Shown here piece by piece: positions 36,953 to 44,014 of a stretch of 44,014 nt of DNA (its first letter is position 1; every line of letters begins with the position of its first letter). Location of the stretch: positions 1-44,014 of IMG/VR virus record IMGVR_UViG_3300010366_000005; one strand, written 5' to 3'. The notes beneath the pieces are model-generated. The model made no database searches. It was given only the letters and a program-made list of their open reading frames with translations, and was not told the origin of the DNA. A program made the translations under genes and the position numbers. This stretch comes from a virus. Taxonomy: Duplodnaviria; Caudoviricetes.

Positions 36953-37219
36953 ATGTCAAGTAATCGAGGAGCTGTAATTGAGTTGTTGAGAGAGGCGTTT
37001 ATTTCCGAGATCGAGTTCGGCGATCATGCGCCGTCTATTGAAGCCGATGTCATTCACGCCTTTGACCGTGCCTGCGTGAAGGTACTGGTGGGATCGCACA
37101 AGGCCAATCACTCGGCAGCCAAACCGAAGGCGGAGCGTAGCGAGGCCATGAAGAAAGCCTGGAAGACGCGGAAGGCGAAGAAGGCGCAAGAGACGCCAGT
37201 GGAGAGCGAGTTCGCCTGA
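36953..37219 (+). CDS. Hypothetical protein with basic tail
   Basis: SD GAGGAG; RSEAMKKAWKTRKAKK. Confidence 0.75.
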   Translation: MSSNRGAVIELLREAFISEIEFGDHAPSIEADVIHAFDRACVKVLVGSHKANHSAAKPKAERSEAMKKAWKTRKAKKAQETPVESEFA

Positions 37220-37383
37220 TGAGATCATTTTGTGCCTTTCATCGCGCCGAGTACATAGATGACTATGGTGACGATGGGGAGGCCGCTCTCGATCCGGATA
37301 ACTGCCTGAGATGCCAGGCACACCCAACTGGCTGCATCTGCGCGGACTGTTCGGGTGCAGAATTGACTTCGGAGAATGACTGA
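37219..37383 (+). CDS. Small Cys-rich acidic protein
   Basis: TGATG overlaps at both ends; CLRC, CICADC. Confidence 0.6.
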   Translation: MRSFCAFHRAEYIDDYGDDGEAALDPDNCLRCQAHPTGCICADCSGAELTSEND

Positions 37384-37451
37384 TGCAACTTTTAGTCACC
37401 ATTCCCGGTACCCCGCTTTTGTTGTTGACAAGAGTCACCAATTGTGGCTAA
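37383..37451 (+). pseudogene. Orphaned original rusA 5' end (MQLLVTIPGTPL...*)
   Basis: Peptide nearly identical to the RusA N-terminus at 38046. Confidence 0.75.
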
Positions 37452-37454
37452 TGT
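37425..37454 (+). promoter_or_regulatory. Promoter of the HNH insert, predicting a leaderless mRNA
   Basis: TTGACA-18 bp-TAATGT, with ATG 7 nt downstream. Confidence 0.55.
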
Positions 37455-37461
37455 ATACGTC

Positions 37462-38061
37462 ATGATTGATGTCCGCCATTGCCTGAGATGTGACCGTGAT
37501 TTTGTGATGAGGCCGAACCGAAAGACCAGCCGATGCTCTTTATGCCGGTCTCGCTATTGGGATCGACCGCGAACGGGTAAGTGGCTGGCACGAGGCAGCA
37601 CAAATGAAGAACGGTTTTGGGCCAAGGTAAATCAGGGATTGCCGCACCAATGCTGGATCTGGATCGGAGCCGTTGCGAGACGAAGTGGAATTTTTCATCT
37701 GAAGATTAGAGGCAAGAGAAAGATGATTTCAGCACCGAGATTCGCGTACTTCCTCCGGCATGGCAAGCACCTCTCGTCAAAGTTATATGCTTGCCACACT
37801 TGCGACAATCCGCTTTGCGTGAACCCTGCTCATATTTTTGCCGGTACTTCACAGGATAATTCGACCGACATGGTATTAAAAGGCCGGAGCTGCGCTGGTC
37901 CACTCAATCGCGGAGCCAAGCTAACAAGTCAACAAGTTCAAGACATTCGCAAACGCTATAAGCACAGAAGTCCAGATAATCGCGCTCTTGTCGCGGAGTA
38001 TGGCGTAGATCGTCACACGATATCTCGTATCGGATTGGGGTACACATGGCGCAACTTTTAG
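37462..38061 (+). CDS. HNH homing endonuclease
   Basis: ERFWAKV, CWIWIG, CHTCDNPLCVNPAHIFAGTSQDN, AKLT C-terminal HTH. Confidence 0.92.
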   Translation: MIDVRHCLRCDRDFVMRPNRKTSRCSLCRSRYWDRPRTGKWLARGSTNEERFWAKVNQGLPHQCWIWIGAVARRSGIFHLKIRGKRKMISAPRFAYFLRHGKHLSSKLYACHTCDNPLCVNPAHIFAGTSQDNSTDMVLKGRSCAGPLNRGAKLTSQQVQDIRKRYKHRSPDNRALVAEYGVDRHTISRIGLGYTWRNF

Positions 38062-38570
38062 TAACTATACCCGGAGTACCCTTAGCTAAAAAGCGGCACA
38101 GATCGGTCCCGATGCACCAGTGCCTCGGCTGTCACAAGACCGTCCAGGGGATGTATTCGGTTTGTCCCACCTGTGGCGGCGGGTTGCGGTTTCTGAAGAA
38201 TATCTCGTATCCGGATTCCGAGTCGGTACGGTATGAGAATCTGGTTGCGTATTCGTTGAGACAGGCCATGGACAAGGCTGGGATCCAGATGTTGAATAGC
38301 GGGTTGAAGATGCGGTTGACTTTCTTGTTTCCGATGCCCGATAGCCGCCAGCACCGGCCTGGCGCTCCATGCCCCGGAAATGGGTGCAAGAAGCTGCACA
38401 CGGGCGACTCGCACACCCAACGTCCCGATCTCGATAACTGCATCAAGTCGATTCTGGATGGCGGCAATGGGGTCTTGTATGCCGATGATGATGTGATCTG
38501 CGAGTTGAGCGCGCGGAAGATCTGGGCGAGCGAGGGAAAGACGGAGATAATTGTGGAGACACTCAGTTGA
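38046..38570 (+). CDS. rusA: RusA Holliday junction resolvase
   Basis: RPDLDNCIKSILDG...YADDDVI. Confidence 0.92.
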   Translation: MAQLLVTIPGVPLAKKRHRSVPMHQCLGCHKTVQGMYSVCPTCGGGLRFLKNISYPDSESVRYENLVAYSLRQAMDKAGIQMLNSGLKMRLTFLFPMPDSRQHRPGAPCPGNGCKKLHTGDSHTQRPDLDNCIKSILDGGNGVLYADDDVICELSARKIWASEGKTEIIVETLS

Positions 38571-39508
38571 ACCTCTTTCTTGATGCTACCTCGATCACCG
38601 CTTTCTTGCGCTGCAAGGAAGAGTTTCGTCAAACATATCTGGTAGGACGCGCGAGTCGCTATATCGCAATTCATAGATCCAGCGGGATTGCAGTTCACCG
38701 GGGCATCGAGTCGCTCTGGCGAGGCAAGACCTTTACCGAGGCCCAACACGTGATGATGGACTACTTTCTGAAGATTGACGAGTCGCGTATCTTGCCCACC
38801 GATCTGAAGAAATGGGGCGAGTTGAAGGAGATGGCGCCTGAGCAACTTGCGGTCTACGCGGACGGTACCGAGATCATTCCGGGGTGTGCGCTCGAGCACG
38901 AGTGGACGTGGAAAGAGCCCTTCGGGATCGCGGAGTTGACGCTTGGAGGCCGGATGGATCGAGTTGAGCTCGGGGGATCTGGCTTGAGTGCTCCTCTCTG
39001 CGAGACGCCACACCCTGCCCGTTCCGTAAAACTCATCGATATCAAAACCGCATCGGAGATCGACGGCTATGACGAATTTGGAAAGAAGGTCGGCTGGGAG
39101 CGTTCTTACCGGGCTCAGATGTGCAAGGATGTGGGCCTCGGTCTATATGATTGTTATCTGCGTAAGATTGGACTCGTACCTACGGCGGTGGTTTTAGAGG
39201 TCATCACCAAGCCGAGCGAGCGGTATGGGAAGAAGTGCCGGCTGGTGAAGATGGAGCTGCCCGAGGTGCTGGCCTATCGGGAGCGCTTCGATATGTTGCT
39301 GGAGCTCACTGCGCGCGAGATCTTGCACTACGTCCGCCATTACCGCGAGATGCAGCCCTGGCCGATGAATGTCTCAGCTTGTTCGGGGAAGTTTGGGAAT
39401 TGTTCCTTTTACGCGCTGTGCAATCTGGGACTCAACCCGAGGACGGAGAAGCTGTATGGGAAGCGGGAGGAGCATCTGAGTATCAAGGAGAGAATCAGTG
39501 GTATTTGA
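38567..39508 (+). CDS. PD-(D/E)XK exonuclease (Cas4/RecB-like, 4-Cys)
   Basis: GIAVHRGIE, GRMDRV, IDIKT; N-terminal C plus C-terminal C..C..C. Confidence 0.85.
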   Translation: MNLFLDATSITAFLRCKEEFRQTYLVGRASRYIAIHRSSGIAVHRGIESLWRGKTFTEAQHVMMDYFLKIDESRILPTDLKKWGELKEMAPEQLAVYADGTEIIPGCALEHEWTWKEPFGIAELTLGGRMDRVELGGSGLSAPLCETPHPARSVKLIDIKTASEIDGYDEFGKKVGWERSYRAQMCKDVGLGLYDCYLRKIGLVPTAVVLEVITKPSERYGKKCRLVKMELPEVLAYRERFDMLLELTAREILHYVRHYREMQPWPMNVSACSGKFGNCSFYALCNLGLNPRTEKLYGKREEHLSIKERISGI

Positions 39509-39770
39509 CCCAGAAGATCAACGTTATACGTCTAGACATTTGTCTAAGACAAGTATCTTAGACAAGTCCCAGGAGCGGCATGTGCCGGTCTCGAAGAAGT
39601 CGATCGACATGCTGGAGTCGGCGATCGGACAGCTGGTTGAGCGGGAGCCGGAGTGGACGGAGACAGCGCGGGTCTTTGCCCAGAAGGCCGGACTGAAGCG
39701 GGTGCTGAAGCTGATCGAGTTTCGCCGCGAACAAATCAAGCAGCAACAGGAGACACTGAAATATGACTGA
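39498..39770 (+). CDS. Hypothetical protein
   Basis: SD AAGGAG, GTG start. Confidence 0.65.
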   Translation: MVFDPEDQRYTSRHLSKTSILDKSQERHVPVSKKSIDMLESAIGQLVEREPEWTETARVFAQKAGLKRVLKLIEFRREQIKQQQETLKYD

Positions 39771-40488
39771 ACCTACTGCACAGCAACAACTCGCCGTCCA
39801 GAAAGCCGATGGCCTTGAGAAGCGTCTTGCGGCCTTCGATGATCTTGCCGACTTCAACTGGAAGACACTGAAGCCAAATGTGATGGCGCGCGTCCTGATG
39901 AAGAAACCCTATCGCGGCAAGACAGGCGAGCCGGATTACTATCTCACTCCTGAGCAGGCGTTGGTCTTTGCCATGCGCTCTTTCGAGTTGGGGCTGTCGC
40001 CGCTCTCATCCGAGGTCTGGTTCGACCGGGACCGCTGGTCCACCAATGTCACGCTTGAGGGAAAGATCCGGCTGGCGCGGGAGCGCGGGATCACCGGGGC
40101 GCCGACCTTCAAGGAAGAGAAGAGGCCATGGAGGAAGGGATCGCCAGCGCTTCTCGGGTACGCCGAGGAGCCGGGGATTACCGCGACCATCAAGGCCGGA
40201 GACAGCGAGTGCTCGTACACGGTGTGGTTGAGCGAGTGGATGGTTTCGACGTCGCCGGTCTGGAAGGCCAAACCAACTCACATGATGATGGTCAGAGCCT
40301 ACGACAAAGTACTCGCATTCGCAGCCGGGGTGGGAGTAAGTTCCATGCCCGACGAGAAAGAGATTCAAGCGGAAGACATCCCGGCGCTGCCGACGCGACA
40401 GGAGTTTACCTCACCTGAGATCAGCCGTACTGAGTTCTCGGACATGGAACCGATACTCAAGAAGTCGATTGAGGCGGTGAAGAAGTAA
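39763..40488 (+). CDS. RecT/Red-beta-like single-strand annealing protein
   Basis: LGLSPLSSEVWF, LEGKIRLA, SPVWKAKPTHMMMVRA. Confidence 0.85.
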   Translation: MTEPTAQQQLAVQKADGLEKRLAAFDDLADFNWKTLKPNVMARVLMKKPYRGKTGEPDYYLTPEQALVFAMRSFELGLSPLSSEVWFDRDRWSTNVTLEGKIRLARERGITGAPTFKEEKRPWRKGSPALLGYAEEPGITATIKAGDSECSYTVWLSEWMVSTSPVWKAKPTHMMMVRAYDKVLAFAAGVGVSSMPDEKEIQAEDIPALPTRQEFTSPEISRTEFSDMEPILKKSIEAVKK

Positions 40489-40499
40489 AGATGTTCGAC

Positions 40500-40641
40500 G
40501 CGGAGGGGATTTTTATGCAGGAAGCGATGCGGCGCTGTACAAAATCCGGGCCAGCGGTTTTTAGGGGATTCCGCTCCGGTGCAGGCGGCGGCCAACAAGC
40601 GCTCCGCGAGGGCGGCAACTCCTGCTAAAAATCCCCTCCGC
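40500..40641 (+). ncRNA. Candidate structured RNA with 22-bp closing stem
   Basis: gcggaggggattttta(t)gcagga / tcctgctaaaaatcccctccgc. Confidence 0.5.
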
Positions 40642-40669
40642 AATAATTCCAATTTGGAGAATATAACAA

Positions 40670-41344
40670 ATGCCAATTGACTACAACCAATACTCAACCT
40701 CGGGCCAGGGCGATCTCTCGCCTCTGCCTGAAGGCGTCTACACCTCTAACCCGAAGTCGAAGGACAAGCGGGGAGAGTCACTGAAAATCATCAAAGAACT
40801 GGCCGTCAAGGAAGTCAAGGGCGGCGCCACCCGGCACACGTTTCTAGTCGGATCGGATGACGAGCGTGGCACCGGCTTTCTGAAGATCGATCTGCACCCC
40901 TGGTCGCTGCGTCCGGAGACCATCGCCATGGCTCTCGGCAAGAAGCCCAAGGACGCGAGCGGTAACGGCCACTTCTTCATTTCGCCTGAAGTTTTGGCGC
41001 AGCTCGATGCGGCAGCCGTGGACTCGACCCAGAAAGAACTCGAAGAGATTGCGACGGCGAAGGTCGCTGAAGCTAACACCCCGGATGAGCAGGTCGGCGA
41101 GGCCATCAGCGCGACTCTTCACAAGATGCTGGTACAGGTCCAGATCAATGTCGGGACCATCTTCCGGTTGCAAGACTGGGCCGGCTACGCGCGCAATCCC
41201 GAAGAGGCGCTTTTGAATCTTGAGGGCGTGTACTTCGAGGGATCAGTTAAGGCCGGTCTCAACGATTCAGTCGAGATCTCGGTGTTCTCGAAGAAGAAGG
41301 ATGCCGCGCCAGCAGCGAAGGCGACGGACTTTCCCGTGGAATGA
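40670..41344 (+). CDS. Putative ssDNA-binding protein
   Basis: PLPEGVY N-motif; C-tail ending DFPVE; follows the annealase. Confidence 0.55.
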   Translation: MPIDYNQYSTSGQGDLSPLPEGVYTSNPKSKDKRGESLKIIKELAVKEVKGGATRHTFLVGSDDERGTGFLKIDLHPWSLRPETIAMALGKKPKDASGNGHFFISPEVLAQLDAAAVDSTQKELEEIATAKVAEANTPDEQVGEAISATLHKMLVQVQINVGTIFRLQDWAGYARNPEEALLNLEGVYFEGSVKAGLNDSVEISVFSKKKDAAPAAKATDFPVE

Positions 41345-41433
41345 GTTGAGGCATAGGGGCGGTACTTTTAAAACGCCTGGCGATAGAGGCCATGGTTCAC
41401 GAACCGACGCCGCCCCCTTTTAGGAGTTCAAAG

Positions 41434-41679
41434 ATGCTGGGTGAAGATGTGGTTTCGATGTTGATGCGCGGCTACTCGATCAAGGTTGCCGCAGCGGAAC
41501 TCGGGATCAAGCGCCACGTGGCGGATCTCGCGCTCAAAATACTGAGGCGGCAAGAAGGGTGTCAGACCACGACTCAGCTGGTTTGCAAGTTAAAGCGGCG
41601 GGTCAGAGAGCGTGACCGGGAGTCGAGGGCCGATTACATGAGACAGTGGAGATTGCGGAAAGCGAGTCGCCATGCCTGA
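41434..41679 (+). CDS. LuxR/GerE-type HTH protein
   Basis: GYSIKVAAAELGIKRHVA...TTTQLV; SD AGGAG. Confidence 0.7.
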   Translation: MLGEDVVSMLMRGYSIKVAAAELGIKRHVADLALKILRRQEGCQTTTQLVCKLKRRVRERDRESRADYMRQWRLRKASRHA

Positions 41680-41968
41680 CCTAGCCAAGCTGGAGGAAGA
41701 AGCGCGCAAGTTCGCAGACGAGAAATATCCTGGTGGCGATTTCGCGCAGTATGGCGATCCCATTGACGAACTTGTGCAACGCCTGAGTGAGTTCGCCCGC
41801 GACAAGATACTGGAGGAGCGGGAGCGCGGGGCAGAGATTCGCAGAGCCGCCGAACATTTGCTGGAAATGCGTTGGCGTGATGGTTCGGTGGACGTGGAAG
41901 ATGCCGTCGAGAAACTTGGAGAGCTGCTTCGTGCCGCCGCCATCCGCCAGAGAGGAGAGAGGGAGTGA
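41672..41968 (+). CDS. Hypothetical protein
   Basis: Ends in junction repeat A. Confidence 0.75.
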   Translation: MPDLAKLEEEARKFADEKYPGGDFAQYGDPIDELVQRLSEFARDKILEERERGAEIRRAAEHLLEMRWRDGSVDVEDAVEKLGELLRAAAIRQRGERE

Positions 41969-42138
41969 AAACTGAGCAGGAAATAGAAGCATTATTGCGC
42001 CGCAGAAAATTGGAGTTAGAAAAAATCAGAAAGCGCTTCAACAAATATGACAATTACGACGATCTAAAACTCATTGATGCACTTATTGTCGAAATCGGCG
42101 CACTTGGCTGGGTATTAGGCGGAAAAGATAATATCTAG
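41965..42138 (+). CDS. Hypothetical protein MKTEQEIE...LGWVLG
   Basis: GTG start lies within junction repeat A. Confidence 0.7.
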   Translation: MKTEQEIEALLRRRKLELEKIRKRFNKYDNYDDLKLIDALIVEIGALGWVLGGKDNI

Positions 42139-42232
42139 CCCTGCATAGCGGGCCGGAGGGAATGATGATAGCCCCGAGTCGCTGTCATTCCTGCGATGGC
42201 TTGGGCGGTCCGCTATGGAGGACTTAGACGTT

Positions 42233-42376
42233 ATGAGCCGAGAAGCGGAGAATATTTTCGATAAAGTTTCCAGGGAGCTATTCGGCAAACCTTGGGCAGA
42301 TTTGGCCGAAACGCCTGAGCGCGAACAGGTTAGAGTACGAATCAATGAAATATTGCGGTTGCGGAGCGTTAACTAA
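42233..42376 (+). CDS. Small protein MSREAENIF...
   Basis: SD GGAGG. Confidence 0.55.
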   Translation: MSREAENIFDKVSRELFGKPWADLAETPEREQVRVRINEILRLRSVN

Positions 42377-42377
42377 A

Positions 42378-42557
42378 ATGCCGGTTATTAAATTCACGTC
42401 CGGAGAAGAGGTAATTAAGCTCACTTTTCGTAACCTGCCGACGCCAATGGTGGAGTGGAGCGGAACAGCCAAAGAACTCCATGACATCATCTTTGGGGCA
42501 TGGCTGAATTCGGACAAATCCGAAGAGGATTCGGCGCTGCGCCAGAGAGGAGAGTAG
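42378..42557 (+). CDS. Hypothetical protein
   Basis: Ends RQRGE in a junction repeat. Confidence 0.55.
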   Translation: MPVIKFTSGEEVIKLTFRNLPTPMVEWSGTAKELHDIIFGAWLNSDKSEEDSALRQRGE

Positions 42558-42562
42558 CTCCA

Positions 42563-42808
42563 ATGCCAAAAATAGGCACGTTTGATGTTCTGAAGGTAAT
42601 GTGTGAGCGCAATTTGGACATTCGCCTTTCGACGCTCAACAACATCAGCGACATGCGCAAAGTCAAGGCTGGGACAAAGGTAACAATCGGTGTGGCAGGC
42701 GATGTACTCAATCCGATCTGGCGTGGCGAGTTGGTGGGCGGATTTCTGCTGGCCGATAAGAAGCAGTTTGAAGACATTAAGCGCGAACTTGAGGCAGGAG
42801 GAGAGTAG
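42563..42808 (+). CDS. Hypothetical protein
   Basis: Bounded by two junction repeats. Confidence 0.75.
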   Translation: MPKIGTFDVLKVMCERNLDIRLSTLNNISDMRKVKAGTKVTIGVAGDVLNPIWRGELVGGFLLADKKQFEDIKRELEAGGE

Positions 42809-42813
42809 CTCCA

Positions 42814-43011
42814 ATGTTGGGTAGCATCTTGGATTCCGGTGAAGTGCCAACTTTGCGGCACGAATTATGCGGGTTGGAGATTGCGAGCCGGATGTTGACG
42901 GAGAAGGTTCGCTGGGATGTCCACTGCCAGATTGCGGCGGACTCGTTAGAGAGCAAAATAAATGGCACAGAGTCGGTAACGGAACCGCAAAAGGACGCAT
43001 ATAGAGAGTAG
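42814..43011 (+). CDS. Hypothetical protein
   Basis: ATG lies within a junction repeat. Confidence 0.6.
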   Translation: MLGSILDSGEVPTLRHELCGLEIASRMLTEKVRWDVHCQIAADSLESKINGTESVTEPQKDAYRE

Positions 43012-43020
43012 GAGGATGAC

Positions 43021-43434
43021 ATGAAAACATGCGATTTTTGCGGTAATACTGAAGGACAGTGCAACTGTGCAAGCCCAATGTTTTCAACAAAGAAGGAGAC
43101 TATTATGAAGCAGCTATTCGGAGTAGATGTTAAAACCGCCAGTTTGTCGGATGGCCACCCGTGGCGGGCGTGGTTAGATCGAGAGACGCCGCAACCTGAT
43201 GTATTTGGCGAAGGGATTACCGAAGCCGCCGCCATTATCGACCTTGCGAATAAGCAGGGAGCAAAGCGTAAAGATGTAGCGACTCATTGCCAAGAGTGCG
43301 AACGGCCAATTCCCGATCATGCTACCTATTGCATCCTGCTTAACGATGAGGACTTTTGGTTCTGTACGAACTTTTGTATGGCGCAATGGGCAAAAGCCTG
43401 TTTGCTAGGGAGCCCTGAGGCGGGAGGAAAGTAG
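43021..43434 (+). CDS. Cys-rich modular hypothetical protein
   Basis: SD AGGAGG; CQEC...FCTNFC. Confidence 0.7.
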   Translation: MKTCDFCGNTEGQCNCASPMFSTKKETIMKQLFGVDVKTASLSDGHPWRAWLDRETPQPDVFGEGITEAAAIIDLANKQGAKRKDVATHCQECERPIPDHATYCILLNDEDFWFCTNFCMAQWAKACLLGSPEAGGK

Positions 43435-43439
43435 CTGTT

Positions 43440-43622
43440 ATGGGACAGGATTGGGATAAGCCCTACGAAGCGCCCGAAGGTAAGATTTGGGTCTGCGGAG
43501 CCTGTGGAAAGAGCGGCAAGAATCGGACTACGATTGGGGATGAAGCCTGTTTTCTAAATGCCGTACTCTGCTATGAGCAGAAGGATTTGGCGACTGGAAA
43601 TTGGAAAGCAGAGGAGGAGTAG
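43440..43622 (+). CDS. Small zinc-ribbon protein
   Basis: WVCGACGK; bounded by junction repeats. Confidence 0.7.
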   Translation: MGQDWDKPYEAPEGKIWVCGACGKSGKNRTTIGDEACFLNAVLCYEQKDLATGNWKAEEE

Positions 43623-43625
43623 CTG

Positions 43626-43865
43626 TTGGGAGCCACGCGGACCCAGCAAAAGATAGAGCGCATTCATCAGCGATTGATGGATTTGCGCGATTCCACGCCA
43701 TCGCGGAGAGGTCACATCGTCGCCGGAAAGAAGTATGTTGCGGTTTACCTGAAAGCCTACAACACCAACCATCTAACCGAATTCTACGCCGCCGCCGAAC
43801 GATACAGACACTTTTTGCAAGATGGCGCGGCCCCGGCCCGCGCGCGGAAGGAGAAGGGGAAATGA
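43626..43865 (+). CDS. Hypothetical protein (TTG start)
   Basis: MGAT...AAPARARKEKGK. Confidence 0.65.
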   Translation: MGATRTQQKIERIHQRLMDLRDSTPSRRGHIVAGKKYVAVYLKAYNTNHLTEFYAAAERYRHFLQDGAAPARARKEKGK

Positions 43866-44014
43866 GCATTGAGACGCTTTCGGACATCATCACGGAACTG
43901 GCCGACAGCCTTGGCGTTTATGGCGCTCACGGCGATGAGGATGTTCCTGGCGATGTAACTTGCACCGAGGCCAAGCCTTGCCGCATGTGCTTCGAGAGTG
44001 GACTTCGCGGGCGA
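43862..44014 (+). CDS. Hypothetical protein spanning the circular join (continues to TAG at 175-177)
   Basis: MSIETLSDII...CRMC...RAGEE*; open across the terminal repeat. Confidence 0.7.
   Translation, partial: MSIETLSDIITELADSLGVYGAHGDEDVPGDVTCTEAKPCRMCFESGLRGR
43892..44014. repeat. Terminal direct repeat, copy 2
   Basis: Identical to 1-123. Confidence 0.97.

Noticed and set aside
37216-37260. Hammerhead core CTGATGA
   Set aside because: No stem II or GAAA follows; it is a TGATG stop/start overlap.
38567-39508. Cas4-like nuclease as CRISPR evidence
   Set aside because: The context (RusA, annealase, SSB-like) indicates a recombination exonuclease.
41944-43865. Junction repeats as a CRISPR array or integron attC sites
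   Set aside because: Spacing is gene-sized and irregular, the repeats are not palindromic with R/L boxes, and there is no cas operon or intI.

Overview
This window looks like a complete, circularly assembled ~43.9-kb tailed-phage genome: bases 1-123 are repeated exactly at 43892-44014. The morphogenesis operon is on the minus strand (~33.2 kb down to 7.5 kb): putative TerS, TerL, portal, a free-standing LAGLIDADG endonuclease, scaffold, major capsid, adaptor, nozzle-like and ejection-like proteins, and a tailspike. No tape measure or tail tube is evident, which suggests a podovirus. The plus strand carries the early/middle genes (RHH regulators, HNH, RusA, PD-(D/E)XK exonuclease, RecT/Bet-like annealase, SSB-like protein, many small ORFs) and ends in a lysis cluster. 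A divergent RepA/AAA_25 helicase sits beside a four-repeat origin candidate. I found no integrase, polymerase, primase, tRNA or CRISPR array. An intact IS1595-family element (24-bp TIRs, 8-bp TSD) carries HicBA-like and P63C passenger genes. The most unusual observations are: (1) a tailspike with a Sec-type signal peptide and 20 Cys, implying export; (2) a small-gene array joined by chimeric stop/SD/start junction repeats, suggesting cassette shuffling; (3) an HNH gene inserted in the rusA 5' end that supplies a recoded replacement start; (4) a pseudoknot leader on the helicase and several structured intergenic RNAs. All protein calls come from motif recognition by eye; no searches were run.
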